Shown here: positions 32,096-42,834 of the stretch, in pieces
How the letters are laid out: each line of letters begins with the position of its first letter
How positions within the stretch are numbered: the stretch's first letter is position 1
IMG/VR virus record: IMGVR_UViG_3300047356_001345
DNA length: 64,000 nt
Direction: 5' to 3' (one strand)
From: an uncultured virus (IMG/VR IMGVR_UViG_3300047356_001345)
Taxonomy: Duplodnaviria; Heunggongvirae; Uroviricota; Caudoviricetes
Notes under the pieces: model-generated
Seen by the model: the letters and a program-made list of their open reading frames with translations, nothing else
What the model was told of the DNA's origin: nothing
Database searches by the model: none
Made by a program: the position numbers and the translations under genes

Positions 32096-32535
32096 AAACA
32101 GCGTTTGTAATAATAGATCCTTGGAAATATTGTGAAGATGAAGATGTAAAACAGTTTCCTGATCTTCTTAGTCAATGTTTTGCATTTTCTCATTACTTAA
32201 AATCAATGATTCCGGAATTAGAAAGATATGCTGATATTTTTGTTGATGGTAGTGGCAGAGAAATATCCGATTGGTTTCAAGGAATTAATTCCTGTGATTT
32301 ACAGGATTTGAAACATAAAAAAATATTGTTAGGAGGATTTCATTTTGGACGATGTATTCATAATAAAGCAAAAAAAGTTCTTGACAAATCAGTAGGAATA
32401 GTTAATAATTTAAGTATTGTATTCCCTGCAGATAAAATGCAATCTTTTCATAGAGAGATGAAAAAGTTTGATAACTATTATTTTACACCAGCAGGTGGTT
32501 TTGAGGAAATTGAATGTATAAGTATGAAGATGTAA
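32092..32535 (+). CDS. Isochorismatase/cysteine-hydrolase-like protein
   Basis: N-terminal TAFVIID and LLGGFHFGRCI, similar to the family G-x-x-x-x-x-C catalytic motif. Confidence 0.45.
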   Translation: MKTAFVIIDPWKYCEDEDVKQFPDLLSQCFAFSHYLKSMIPELERYADIFVDGSGREISDWFQGINSCDLQDLKHKKILLGGFHFGRCIHNKAKKVLDKSVGIVNNLSIVFPADKMQSFHREMKKFDNYYFTPAGGFEEIECISMKM

Positions 32536-33599
32536 AAGAAGTACATTTAGAAATAACACAAAAATGTCAAGCAGCCTGTCCTATGTGCGATAGGAATATG
32601 AATGGTGGTGACGACAATCCTCATTTAACAAATGCTGAAATAACTTTGCAAAAAGCAAAAAAAATTTTTAAACCTGATTTTATTAAACAATTAAAAACTA
32701 TGTATATGTGTGGAAACTTAGGTGATCCTATAGTTGCAAAAGATACATTAGAAATATTCAAATATTTTAGAGAACATAATCCTACAATGTGGCTTAGTAT
32801 GAATACCAATGCTGGCGCTAGAGATATGCCTTGGTGGATGGAACTTGCACAAGTTTTTGGCCGCAACGGTGCTGTAATTTTTAGTGTTGACGGACTAGAG
32901 GATACAAATCATTTATATAGACAAAATGTACAATGGGATAAAGTTGAAACAAATATGAAGGCTTTTATTGCAGCAGGCGGTAGAGCACGTTGGGATTATA
33001 TTATATTCCAACACAACGAGCATCAAGTAGAAGAAGCAGAACGTCTTGCAAACGAATGGGGTTGTGAAAAGTTTATAAAGAAAAAAACAGGACGTTTCTA
33101 CAGTACTAAGAAAATGACTGGTAAAGAAAAACATCAAGCTATAAATCGTAAAGGCGAAAAAACACAAACATTATCAAAGCCAAATGAAGTAAAGTTTGCA
33201 AATAAAGAACTTGCAAAACAAGAAACGATTGCTAAACAATACGGCACTATGATGGATTATTACAACGTAGCTAAAATAAAATGCAAAGTCAAAGACGCTG
33301 GAAATATTTTTATTACAGCAGAAGGGTTACTAATGCCTTGTTGTTGGACTGCTGGACGTATGTATAAATGGTGGCATAAAGATCCTAAAGTAGAACAAAT
33401 ATGGGATCATATTGATAAAGCAGGCGGCAAAGGCGGCATCAATGTAATAATGAATGATATGAAAAAAGTAATGGACGGACCTTTGTTAAAAAGCATCGAA
33501 GATAGTTGGAATGCACAATCAATTAAAGAAGGTAAATTAGGAGTTTGTAGTGAAAAATGCGGAGCAAAATTTGATCCATTTGCAGCTCAATTTTCATAA
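32514..33599 (+). CDS. Radical SAM enzyme with C-terminal Twitch/SPASM domain
   Basis: CQAACPMC; CGNLGDP; C-terminal KCK...LMPCCW...CSEKC. Confidence 0.9.
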   Translation: MYKYEDVKEVHLEITQKCQAACPMCDRNMNGGDDNPHLTNAEITLQKAKKIFKPDFIKQLKTMYMCGNLGDPIVAKDTLEIFKYFREHNPTMWLSMNTNAGARDMPWWMELAQVFGRNGAVIFSVDGLEDTNHLYRQNVQWDKVETNMKAFIAAGGRARWDYIIFQHNEHQVEEAERLANEWGCEKFIKKKTGRFYSTKKMTGKEKHQAINRKGEKTQTLSKPNEVKFANKELAKQETIAKQYGTMMDYYNVAKIKCKVKDAGNIFITAEGLLMPCCWTAGRMYKWWHKDPKVEQIWDHIDKAGGKGGINVIMNDMKKVMDGPLLKSIEDSWNAQSIKEGKLGVCSEKCGAKFDPFAAQFS

Positions 33600-34792
33600 A
33601 GACAACGCAGCTCTGGAAATGTTTCTACAAAATTAGTATTTCTAAGTAAGTCAAATTTAGTTATTGATTTTTTAAATCTATTATGTTGTTCTTCTATATC
33701 TTCCCATTTGATGTTTAAAAAGTTTCTAAGTTCTCTAGTATTCCACGCAATATTTTTACCACCTTTGGCTAATATCATTTGCATTTCGTTAAGTTGGTCA
33801 TTTGCTTTGTAAAGTATATCACTGTTAACTTGTGCTAGTGGAGCAGTAAACGGCTTAGGATTATACCAGGGACATAAACTTAAATCGCCTTTATGATTTA
33901 AATGTTTTGTATAGTAATCAAATAAATCGCACAAATGTAAACAATTAAAAATATTGTAACTTGTATGTATATTAATCATTATGTTTGCATCTGTAATACG
34001 TTGAAAATTTTCTTCCCATTTTTTAGTTACAAGTCCGTATCTAACATATTCGCCTTTGGCATAATGTAAATCGTGGCTTAAACTAATTTCGCAATTTTCT
34101 CCCCAATATTGTAAGTAGTCTTCTATAACATCAACGCCTTTATATTTTTTTACACTTCCGTTTGTATGTGACCATATTTTTATTTGTTTTTGTAAATTAT
34201 GTTTTTTTAGCACGTCTAAGATTTCGTGAACTTCTGTCTGCATAAATGGTTCACCACCGTTGAAATGTATAAGCCTAATACTATCTTTATATTTTAATAT
34301 ATAATCTACAATATCTGATTTATTGTGCCAATTTTTTCTTTCATAGGATTTATCAAAAACTAGATCATATGCGTCTGTGTATTTGTCTGCAATAGTACTG
34401 CTAAGTGTAGGATCACACCCCATACAAGCAAAATTACATTTATTACTGAACAGTAAATCTAAAAACACAGGAGTTTGTTTTATTAAAGTTCCGTCTGATG
34501 CAGTATTATTTAAAAAATCTGTATTGTCTACTAAGCGATTACTAAATTTCCTTACACTTGCAATATCTCCTGTTTGTTTTTCAACATCTGCACAAGCAGA
34601 ACATTCAGGCGGAAATTCGTTGTTCATTAACGTTTTACGCACACGTTTTGCAGTGGTTGAATTCATAATGTTTTCAAATGTGTCTTTATTGCTATTACCT
34701 ATCGGGTCATACATAGCACAGCAGCTAGTCACTTTATGATTAGAGCCTGTATAAAAAGATATAAAAGGTGCAGCACACAATTTGTTATTCAT
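33587..34792 (-). CDS. Radical SAM enzyme with N-terminal Twitch domain (inverted gene)
   Basis: CNFACMGC, FNGGEPF; N-terminal CAAPF...SCC...ECSAC. Confidence 0.9.
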   Translation of the reverse strand: MNNKLCAAPFISFYTGSNHKVTSCCAMYDPIGNSNKDTFENIMNSTTAKRVRKTLMNNEFPPECSACADVEKQTGDIASVRKFSNRLVDNTDFLNNTASDGTLIKQTPVFLDLLFSNKCNFACMGCDPTLSSTIADKYTDAYDLVFDKSYERKNWHNKSDIVDYILKYKDSIRLIHFNGGEPFMQTEVHEILDVLKKHNLQKQIKIWSHTNGSVKKYKGVDVIEDYLQYWGENCEISLSHDLHYAKGEYVRYGLVTKKWEENFQRITDANIMINIHTSYNIFNCLHLCDLFDYYTKHLNHKGDLSLCPWYNPKPFTAPLAQVNSDILYKANDQLNEMQMILAKGGKNIAWNTRELRNFLNIKWEDIEEQHNRFKKSITKFDLLRNTNFVETFPELRCLYEN

Positions 34793-34797
34793 AAATA

Positions 34798-34811
34798 TAT
34801 TTAGCTAAGTA
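34798..34811. promoter_or_regulatory. Back-to-back late-like motifs TAAATA (-) and TAAGTA (+) between divergent radical SAM genes
   Basis: tatttagctaagta within a 32-nt divergent gap. Confidence 0.45.
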
Positions 34812-34824
34812 AAGTGCGCATATT

Positions 34825-35919
34825 ATGAAAATTAAAAAAGTAGAATTAGAAATCACAAGTGATTGTAATGCAGCCTGTCCGGGGTGTGCTAGAACACTTA
34901 ACAAAGATCTATTGACTATACAAAGTTTTACATTTGAGGATATAAAACGTATATTTCCACCTGATGATTATACTGGAGTAGAATTTAAGTTTTGCGGTGT
35001 ACTAGGAGATCCTGCACTGCATATCGAATGTGTTGATATGGTTGATTACCTATCAAGTATGGGAGGATACTGCGAACTTAGTACCAACGGAGGAATACAA
35101 AAAGCTGAATGGTGGGCAAGGCTAGGTAAAATCGCAGCCGAAAGACCTGGACTAGTGTTTATACATTTTTGCGTAGACGGCCACGAGCAAACTAATCACA
35201 TATATAGAGTAAACACAAAATTTAATATTGTATCACGTAATATGCAAGCATATAGTTTTTATGCTCCTACAGGAAGTGCAAGTTGGATTTATATTATATT
35301 TGACCATAATGAACACGAAGTTGATAAAGCAAAAATACACGCTGAAAGTTTAGGATTTACTTTTGCTACAAGAACCGGTATGCGTAACAGCTATCACGAC
35401 TGGATAGCAAAAATTTCTAAAAAAGACAAGGAAATTAAAAAAGTTGTAGTTGAAGAAAAGAAAATTACTACTACAGGGTCTAAGGAACATAGTAAGAAAA
35501 AAGATGTAAAAGATTTAGATAAATTTATTGCCCAATACAAAGCAAAAAAACAAAATAAAGATTTTGAAACAAAAAAACAAGAAATTTTAAAAACAGTTGT
35601 GTGCAAATACATTCACGAAGGTGAAATATTTATTGCAAGCGATTTAACATTATGGCCTTGTTGTTTTCTTTGGGATAGTGCTTTCAAAAATAAGGAAGGC
35701 ATACTAGATAAGTTAAATAAATTTGAACCAAATTGGAATAGTTTACGGCACCATAGTAAAGAAGAAATTTTAGAACACACTTGGTATAAAAAGTTATTGT
35801 ATGCAAGTTGGGATCCGGAACACGAAATGCATTTAAGTAGATGTATTAGAACTTGTGCAAAAAACAAAGCATATCATAATGAAATAAACTACATAGATAA
35901 TAACATAAGTACAGTATGA
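34825..35919 (+). CDS. Radical SAM enzyme with C-terminal Twitch/SPASM domain, paralogue of 32514
   Basis: CNAACPGC; CGVLGDP; VCK...LWPCCF...CIRTC. Confidence 0.9.
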   Translation: MKIKKVELEITSDCNAACPGCARTLNKDLLTIQSFTFEDIKRIFPPDDYTGVEFKFCGVLGDPALHIECVDMVDYLSSMGGYCELSTNGGIQKAEWWARLGKIAAERPGLVFIHFCVDGHEQTNHIYRVNTKFNIVSRNMQAYSFYAPTGSASWIYIIFDHNEHEVDKAKIHAESLGFTFATRTGMRNSYHDWIAKISKKDKEIKKVVVEEKKITTTGSKEHSKKKDVKDLDKFIAQYKAKKQNKDFETKKQEILKTVVCKYIHEGEIFIASDLTLWPCCFLWDSAFKNKEGILDKLNKFEPNWNSLRHHSKEEILEHTWYKKLLYASWDPEHEMHLSRCIRTCAKNKAYHNEINYIDNNISTV

Positions 35920-37322
35920 ATAAAGTAAGTGACACGTTTTGTATCCTTCCTTGGGTACATCTTAGCACAAGACCAGACGGTAGTATGAGAGTTTGTTGCA
36001 CAGCAAATGCAAGTTCGGTTGGTCCTACAAATGATAAAGAGCACGGTGGACAAGTTGGTATTCTTAAAACCGATGACGGCAAACCTAATAATCTTAACGT
36101 AACAGATTTTCAAACTGCTTGGAATAGCGAGTATATGAAAAATGTGCGTAAGCAAATGATGAATGGCGAAAAGCCACCTAGTTGTTTGAAGTGTTATAGA
36201 GAAGAAGCAGCAGGACACAATAGTAAGCGTATGTGGGAAACTGAATATTGGAGTCAACGCACTAATGTAGATGAACTAATTGCTAATACTACTGAAGATG
36301 GAGAAGTACCTCCACAGTTGGCATACATTGATTTACGTTTTGGTACTAAATGTCAACTTGCTTGTGTAATGTGTTCACCACACGATAGTTCAGGGTGGAT
36401 TAAAGATTATAAAAAAATATTTCCTGCTGTACAAAACAAAAGCCTTAAAGAAACAATGCAATGGCAGGATAAGGGCAGTACAAACGGCAGTAGTTATAAT
36501 TGGCATAAACAAAATCCTGTGTTTTGGAAACAGTTTTATGACCAGATGCCTAATATGCAACAAATTTACTTTGCAGGTGGCGAAAGTTTAATAATTGAAG
36601 AACATTATGAGATTCTTGAAGAAGCAATACGACAGGGTATCGCAAAGGATTTAGAACTACGCTATAATTCAAATGGTGTAGAGTGGCGCGAAGATTTATT
36701 TGACTTGTGGAAACAGTTCAAGCTAGTACGTTTTCATTATAGTGTTGATAGTATTCACGAAATGAATGATTATATACGCTATCCTAGCAAATGGAAGCGC
36801 ACAGAAGAAGTATTTCATATATTAGATAAACAAACAAGTGTAAATGTTGAAATTACAGTTGCTTGTGCAGTTCAAGCATTAAACATTTATTACTTGCCTG
36901 ACTTTATAAAATGGAAGTTAGAACAAGGATTTCAAAAAGTAAATATGTGGCCATTTGGTGCAGGAGGAATAAATTATCATTTTGTATATCACCCTCCTCA
37001 TTTAAATGTAAAAGTTTTGCCTAAATGGTTTAAGGCAGAAGTACGCAAAAAATATGAAGAGTTTTATCCTTGGTGGGAAGATAATTGGGAAAAGGGAGTA
37101 CCTATATGGTACAAGCACGGTAAAAAAGCTGTCACATACGATCAATGGCGAGATGCAGGATATGGTATCAAACGTTTACAAGGTATGGTAAATTTTATGG
37201 AAAGTGAAGATTGGAGTAGACGACTACCCGAAATGAAAGAATTTTTATCCTTGTGTGATCGACAACGTGGAATAACATTTGAAGAAACATTTCCAGAAAT
37301 GAAGGATATATTTAATGAGTAA
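35916..37322 (+). CDS. Radical SAM enzyme with N-terminal Twitch domain
   Basis: CQLACVMC, FAGGES; N-terminal FCILPW...VCC...SCLKC. Confidence 0.9.
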   Translation: MNKVSDTFCILPWVHLSTRPDGSMRVCCTANASSVGPTNDKEHGGQVGILKTDDGKPNNLNVTDFQTAWNSEYMKNVRKQMMNGEKPPSCLKCYREEAAGHNSKRMWETEYWSQRTNVDELIANTTEDGEVPPQLAYIDLRFGTKCQLACVMCSPHDSSGWIKDYKKIFPAVQNKSLKETMQWQDKGSTNGSSYNWHKQNPVFWKQFYDQMPNMQQIYFAGGESLIIEEHYEILEEAIRQGIAKDLELRYNSNGVEWREDLFDLWKQFKLVRFHYSVDSIHEMNDYIRYPSKWKRTEEVFHILDKQTSVNVEITVACAVQALNIYYLPDFIKWKLEQGFQKVNMWPFGAGGINYHFVYHPPHLNVKVLPKWFKAEVRKKYEEFYPWWEDNWEKGVPIWYKHGKKAVTYDQWRDAGYGIKRLQGMVNFMESEDWSRRLPEMKEFLSLCDRQRGITFEETFPEMKDIFNE

Positions 37323-38580
37323 GCCTTGTTATTATGCATTAGGTGGTTTAAATTTGAAACAACAATTTGCTACAAGTTGTCCACAGCAATCTGACAGATT
37401 ACAATGGTTAGCAAAAGGACATTTACCTAGTCAGTATTTTAACAATGACGCATTTAAAAAACACAGACTAGATTTACTCCAAGGTAACTGGCCTAGAGGC
37501 TGTGATATGTGTCAAGTCGTTGAAGAACAAAATGCCGGTATTAGTATGAGACAGGAATCTCCGCCTGATACAAGCTACACTGATTATGGCACAGGTGCTA
37601 CTAAATTTGAAGGCCTTAAAACTATCGAAATACGTTTTAGTAATGCTTGTAATATGGCTTGTCTACATTGTAGTGCAGCTTTTAGTAGTGGATGGATGAC
37701 AAAACTAAAACGTTATCAGCCTGATGAAATTGATCGTGAACATAATTTACTACAACTTACACAAGATATGCATAGAGAACACATTGACGAAGATCTACGC
37801 ATCGAGTTAAATACCGAAATGGCACTAGAAGTAGTTGATGATCTTATCGAAAACTTTCCAAATCTAGAAAGAGTAGACTTTGCAGGCGGCGAAGTATTAT
37901 ATCAAAAGCCATTCTTACCAACACTGAAAAGACTTGCAGAACATCCAAATGCAAAAAATATGTTTGTGATGTTTCATACAAATTTTAATGCACCTTTTGA
38001 TCCAATAGCTCTTAGTGATTGTTTAGATAAGTTTGGTAGCAGTGAAGTCAAAATAAGTATTGATTGTAGCCCAGGAATGTATCAATATTTTAGAGGCGGC
38101 GATTGGGATACATTAGCAAAAAATATTGCAACTTTTAAATCTGTACGAAGTAAAAAAACAAAAATTGCACTAATATGTACAACTGGTGTATATCAGCTTA
38201 TGCAGTTTAAAGATATTATTAAAGGGTTTATAGAATTAGAATGTGATTTTATTAACATTAGTATTATATACACACCTGACTACCTAAATCCTGCTCTTAT
38301 GATGTTGCATTTCAAAGACGAAACCGAAAGAGAACTTAATAGTGCTATTGCATACCTAACAAAATTTACATCAAAAGATAGAAGTGATTGTTTTATTGCA
38401 TATCAAGGCATTAAAAACATCTGGGAATATATTCATAATCATAAAGTAGAAGAAAAACATTGGACAGCATTTAAAGAATATATTAAAAAAACTGATGTTA
38501 TATGGAAACAAGAATTTAACGACCATTTTACAAATTATCAATTTGATAAAAACACAAATAGGATTTATAGAAATGTTTGA
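37315..38580 (+). CDS. Radical SAM enzyme with N-terminal Twitch-like domain
   Basis: CNMACLHC, FAGGEV; N-terminal PCYY...TSCP...GCDMC. Confidence 0.9.
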   Translation: MSKPCYYALGGLNLKQQFATSCPQQSDRLQWLAKGHLPSQYFNNDAFKKHRLDLLQGNWPRGCDMCQVVEEQNAGISMRQESPPDTSYTDYGTGATKFEGLKTIEIRFSNACNMACLHCSAAFSSGWMTKLKRYQPDEIDREHNLLQLTQDMHREHIDEDLRIELNTEMALEVVDDLIENFPNLERVDFAGGEVLYQKPFLPTLKRLAEHPNAKNMFVMFHTNFNAPFDPIALSDCLDKFGSSEVKISIDCSPGMYQYFRGGDWDTLAKNIATFKSVRSKKTKIALICTTGVYQLMQFKDIIKGFIELECDFINISIIYTPDYLNPALMMLHFKDETERELNSAIAYLTKFTSKDRSDCFIAYQGIKNIWEYIHNHKVEEKHWTAFKEYIKKTDVIWKQEFNDHFTNYQFDKNTNRIYRNV

Positions 38581-39397
38581 AGCAAGCAACAAATTGTATG
38601 AAAAACTAAGTGACGAATTTATAATAACAAAAGTAAACCATTTAGATATACTGTTTAGTAAAAAGTGGAAACGTATTGGTGTAAATTTAAGTGGAGGTGC
38701 AGACAGCGCATTGTTATGTTACTTGCTAGGCAAGATTATAACAGATAATCAATTAGATTGTAAAATAGATGTTATTACATATCAGCGTTGTTGGGAAACA
38801 AGACCGTGGCAAGGATGGTGGAGTATACAAGTTTTCAATAAATTAAAAAGTCTTTATCCAGAAATTATTGAAAATAGGCATACAACATTTATTCCTCCTG
38901 CATTAGAACACGGAGTAAGTGGTCCTATAATAAATGGCAGAAGCGGAGATCAAATTATTGTTGGAGATTTTAACAAATTTGCAAGTTGGGAATATAATTT
39001 AGATGCTGTATTCAATGCTACAAGTAAGAATCCAGACGATTCACGTGAAGACCGTATGAAAAACAGAGACGGAAATGCCGAAGATGCTAAATTAATAGAT
39101 GTTCTTTATTATAGCCCAAAATTAAAGGCACATTTTTGTCATCCTTTTAGATATGTAAAAAAAGATTGGATTGTTGCACAATATTATCTTTACAATGTGG
39201 AGGATTTATATTATACTACACGTAGCTGTGAAGGAGATATTAATCATAATCACGTTGTATCAGATGTTGTCAAGGATTTTACCAAGTACACACCTGGTAT
39301 GGATGTACCTATATGCAATGAATGCTGGTGGTGTGACGAAAGACAGTGGGCAGAACAAAGAGTGCCTGAAATGATAAAGGAAATTAATGAGTTTTGA
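38573..39397 (+). CDS. QueC-like PP-loop ATPase (adenine nucleotide alpha hydrolase superfamily); likely start 38573
   Basis: PP-loop LSGGADSA; C-terminal TRSC...CNECWWCDER matching the QueC-type zinc-binding cysteine pattern. Confidence 0.7.
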   Translation: MFEASNKLYEKLSDEFIITKVNHLDILFSKKWKRIGVNLSGGADSALLCYLLGKIITDNQLDCKIDVITYQRCWETRPWQGWWSIQVFNKLKSLYPEIIENRHTTFIPPALEHGVSGPIINGRSGDQIIVGDFNKFASWEYNLDAVFNATSKNPDDSREDRMKNRDGNAEDAKLIDVLYYSPKLKAHFCHPFRYVKKDWIVAQYYLYNVEDLYYTTRSCEGDINHNHVVSDVVKDFTKYTPGMDVPICNECWWCDERQWAEQRVPEMIKEINEF

Positions 39398-40565
39398 TAC
39401 TATAGACCTACTTACAGGTCACGTCTTTCAGGTTACTTGGGATACTGGACGCAGATGCAATTATGATTGTAGCTATTGTCCAGTACATAGGCACGATAAT
39501 TTTTCAGCACACGCAACACTTGAAGAATTAAAAAATAATGTAGATTTTTTATACGAATATATCGATATACATCTTGAATACAGAAAAAGTAAAATAGCAA
39601 ATATTGGATTTACAGGAGGAGAACCGACAGTAAATCCTAATTTTATTCCATTTGCTCAATATCTTAGAACAGAATATGATACAAAATATAAAGATAAATG
39701 GGAATGTGGATTTGCTCTAACAACCAACGGTGCAATGGGCGAAAAAATGGGTGTTGCGGTTATGCAAAACTTTGATCACGCCACTGTTAGTTATCATAGT
39801 GAAAGCGACCAAAAACTTAAACAACAAGTTAAGGATAGAATATTACAATTTCATTATCAAGGTCAAAATCATAATTTTACTGTAAGTGTAAACGTAATGT
39901 TCCACGCTGAATACTTTGACGAGTGTAAAGAATTATGTAATTTCTTGGAACAGCACCAAGTTGACTATGTTCCGAGAGTGATCGGCGAAGAACCGGATAG
40001 TCGTCCTAGTTTTGCACACAAGTATAATGATGAACAACTTGCTTGGTTTAAAGATTATTGGCGTGTAAAAAATGAAAAGAAAAATGATGAAAAAGAAATA
40101 AGCAAAGTTTTGAGTGCAGCCGGTGAAAAGAAAAATGAAAAGAAAAAACTTGGCAACAGTATTGGACGTCCTTGTTGCGGCAGCAGAGATATGTTGTTAC
40201 ACGCAGGTGCAAAAAGTCGCAAAAGTAATTTTGTAGACTTTAGAGAGTTTAAAGGCTGGAGTTGTAGTGTTAATTGGTTTTTCTTACATATCGAACAACA
40301 AACTGATAGTGTTTATCATCATCAAACTTGCCAAGCAAAATTTGAACACGGTAAACGTGGGCGTATTGGAAAACTTAGTGAAGGCAAAAAAATTATTGAA
40401 GATTTAAAACAAAAAATGAAAACTAACACTATGCCAACTATTATTTGTCCTAAAATGACTTGCGGTTGCGGATTGTGTGCTCCTAAGAGTATGCATAAAG
40501 ATAGATATTTAGAAGTTCTTGGTAACCATTTACAAACAGAGGTACTAGATGATTATAACGGGTAA
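39387..40565 (+). CDS. Radical SAM enzyme with Cys-rich C-terminus
   Basis: CNYDCSYC, FTGGEPT; FKGWSC...CQ...CPKMTCGCGLC. Confidence 0.9.
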   Translation: MSFDTIDLLTGHVFQVTWDTGRRCNYDCSYCPVHRHDNFSAHATLEELKNNVDFLYEYIDIHLEYRKSKIANIGFTGGEPTVNPNFIPFAQYLRTEYDTKYKDKWECGFALTTNGAMGEKMGVAVMQNFDHATVSYHSESDQKLKQQVKDRILQFHYQGQNHNFTVSVNVMFHAEYFDECKELCNFLEQHQVDYVPRVIGEEPDSRPSFAHKYNDEQLAWFKDYWRVKNEKKNDEKEISKVLSAAGEKKNEKKKLGNSIGRPCCGSRDMLLHAGAKSRKSNFVDFREFKGWSCSVNWFFLHIEQQTDSVYHHQTCQAKFEHGKRGRIGKLSEGKKIIEDLKQKMKTNTMPTIICPKMTCGCGLCAPKSMHKDRYLEVLGNHLQTEVLDDYNG

Positions 40566-41103
40566 CAAAGAAACAGGCATTTCTCAAGCCTTACACAAAT
40601 TGTATCCGGATGCAGAATTTTGCAGCCAAACCACAGGATATGATTTAGCACGTAAACTAGATCAAGAAAGATTAGCAGAACGTGTATGTGAACACGATGT
40701 TTTTATAAATTGCAGTGCGTTATTTAAGTTTCATCAAACCACTTTATTGAATATCGTTTATCATAAATGTATGTTGGAAAAGCATTGGTGTCACATTATT
40801 AATGTTGGTAGTACAACTGACAGAGTAAAAAAAGGCGGCAGCTGGTTATACAATGCAGAAAAGAAAGCATTAAGAGATTATTCAAACACTTTAGGATTAA
40901 ATGGTGTTTGGCACAGTGGACCTAAAATTAGTTATATAAGTTTTGGAACATTGAGTAATAATCAAGAAAAGCATCCTAACAGGACTGTTATAGACATTGA
41001 CGAAGCTACAAAATATATTAAATGGGTTATTGATCAGCCTAAACAGTTATGTATTAATGAAATTAGTATAGACCCAATGCAACCGGATCATTGGAAAAGC
41101 TAA
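40549..41103 (+). CDS. Minimal short-chain dehydrogenase/reductase
   Basis: ITGNKETGIS, VFINCS, INVGS, catalytic YNAEK. Confidence 0.75.
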   Translation: MIITGNKETGISQALHKLYPDAEFCSQTTGYDLARKLDQERLAERVCEHDVFINCSALFKFHQTTLLNIVYHKCMLEKHWCHIINVGSTTDRVKKGGSWLYNAEKKALRDYSNTLGLNGVWHSGPKISYISFGTLSNNQEKHPNRTVIDIDEATKYIKWVIDQPKQLCINEISIDPMQPDHWKS

Positions 41104-42311
41104 TGTCGGATTTGCCAAAGTATGCGTGTCAACTTCCTATGCACCATATGGCCATTCGTCCAGACGGTCGTGTTATGCCCTGTTGTTATTTTAGACACGA
41201 ACACGTTCCAACAGATTTAAATTTATCTTTAGAGGATCCTTTTAACCATCCTTTTATGCAACAAAATAGAGAAAGTGTTTTAAATGATGAAATGATTCCT
41301 GGATGCAGTAAATGTTACGAAGATGAAAAAACATCTGGTAATAGTATGCGTACAGACATTTATAACTCTCCATATAATTTTTTAAATTTACCTACAGATG
41401 ATACAAGAGGTAAAGTTGCTAAACTTACAAACATTGATGTAACATTTAGTAATGTTTGTAATAATAAATGTAGAATGTGTGGACCTGAATTAAGCACACA
41501 ATGGTACAGTGATGCAAAGAAGATGGGATATCCATTTGAAAAGCGTGGTATTATTGCCGAAAACAAATGGATCGAAACAGCTGACGTGAGTGATTTAACA
41601 TTTATTAAGTTCCTAGGCGGCGAACCTTTGATGGAACAGGAAAAAATGATACAGCTATTACAAAAGTGTAATAGAGAAAAATTAGTTGTGCATATTACTA
41701 CAAATGGAACTTTATTACCAAATGAAATATTGCATCAATTGTTAAAAGAATGTGAAGGCGTTTACCTGACAGCAAGCGTTGATCAGTTTGGTAAATTTAA
41801 TGATTTTTTACGTAAAGGAAGCGAATGGAATACTACATTAAGTAATATGATTACAATGAAAGAACATTATGGTAAACACACAACTACTGTGCATAGTGTT
41901 ACATCTATATATAATGTAAATCTGTGCTATCAACTAATTGACTTTTGCATCAAAGAACAGTTTTATCAAAAAAATGCTATTGTTGATGGTCCTAATTGGA
42001 TGATGCCACGTAACTTACCTTTTGATGTAAAGCTCAAATTAATTGATTTGCTAAAAGTTAAAATTGCTAATGTTAAAATGCCTAAACATTTGTCATACTT
42101 ATACGATGCAAAATCTCACTATGAGCTGTTAATTAAAGAATTAGAGCAAGATGGCGATTTTGGAATGTTTTTACGCAATGATACTCGTATGAATATTATA
42201 CGTAATGAACATTGGAAAGAACATAACCCTTGGTTGTTCAATGAAATTCAGCCATACTTTGAAGATACACAACTAGAACCTGGACAACTAGATTACTTAC
42301 GTAACCTCTGA
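41103..42311 (+). CDS. Radical SAM enzyme with N-terminal Twitch domain (likely start 41103, TAATG overlap)
   Basis: CNNKCRMC, FLGGEPL; N-terminal CQLP...PCC...GCSKC. Confidence 0.9.
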   Translation: MSDLPKYACQLPMHHMAIRPDGRVMPCCYFRHEHVPTDLNLSLEDPFNHPFMQQNRESVLNDEMIPGCSKCYEDEKTSGNSMRTDIYNSPYNFLNLPTDDTRGKVAKLTNIDVTFSNVCNNKCRMCGPELSTQWYSDAKKMGYPFEKRGIIAENKWIETADVSDLTFIKFLGGEPLMEQEKMIQLLQKCNREKLVVHITTNGTLLPNEILHQLLKECEGVYLTASVDQFGKFNDFLRKGSEWNTTLSNMITMKEHYGKHTTTVHSVTSIYNVNLCYQLIDFCIKEQFYQKNAIVDGPNWMMPRNLPFDVKLKLIDLLKVKIANVKMPKHLSYLYDAKSHYELLIKELEQDGDFGMFLRNDTRMNIIRNEHWKEHNPWLFNEIQPYFEDTQLEPGQLDYLRNL

Positions 42312-42338
42312 TAAATATATAAAACTATTGAGGATAAA

Positions 42339-42833
42339 ATGTTCTACACAAAAAACATAAACTACAAAATGTTGAGTAAAGATTCTTTGGATGCTGTAAG
42401 AAAATTTGTCACAACAGAAAATCATCTTTTTGATAAGGGAATCTCGTATTTGCCACACAACCCTAAGAATCAAAGTCATAGATGGAAACCTTATACAAAT
42501 TTACTTAGACCTATTACAAATTATCTGAAAGAAAAAGATTTAAACATTACCATACTAGGGTCAAATAGAATTGAAGGAAATACAAAAAGAAACTCATTTA
42601 AAACGGCAAATAAAGTTAACGGCTCTAATACAACTATTTTCATACCGTTGTTTGATTATTCAAGAGAACAAAAAATATTACATTTTGCCAACACTAATTG
42701 TGCATTAAATTCTACATTAGTGTTTGATAATTCTTTATATAGACGTTGGGTTAATGAATCTAACATAAAGTTTTGTTTTTTAGTCTATGGAGTGAGCGAG
42801 TCTATTAGTATAGTTACCGAAAGGTTGTCATAA
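42339..42833 (+). CDS. Hypothetical protein, possibly a degenerate cupin/2OG-oxygenase fold
   Basis: TAAATA and GAGGA upstream; TTIFIPL and LVFDNS strands resemble neighbouring oxygenases, but the His ligands are absent. Confidence 0.4.
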   Translation: MFYTKNINYKMLSKDSLDAVRKFVTTENHLFDKGISYLPHNPKNQSHRWKPYTNLLRPITNYLKEKDLNITILGSNRIEGNTKRNSFKTANKVNGSNTTIFIPLFDYSREQKILHFANTNCALNSTLVFDNSLYRRWVNESNIKFCFLVYGVSESISIVTERLS

Positions 42834-42834
42834 T

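Noticed and set aside
38573..40565. queC-queE pair for 7-deazaguanine DNA modification
   Set aside because: The adjacent radical SAM is 392 aa with a Cys-rich tail and is paralogous to 45483, unlike QueE; no queD, folE or dpdA in the window, so gene symbols were withheld.
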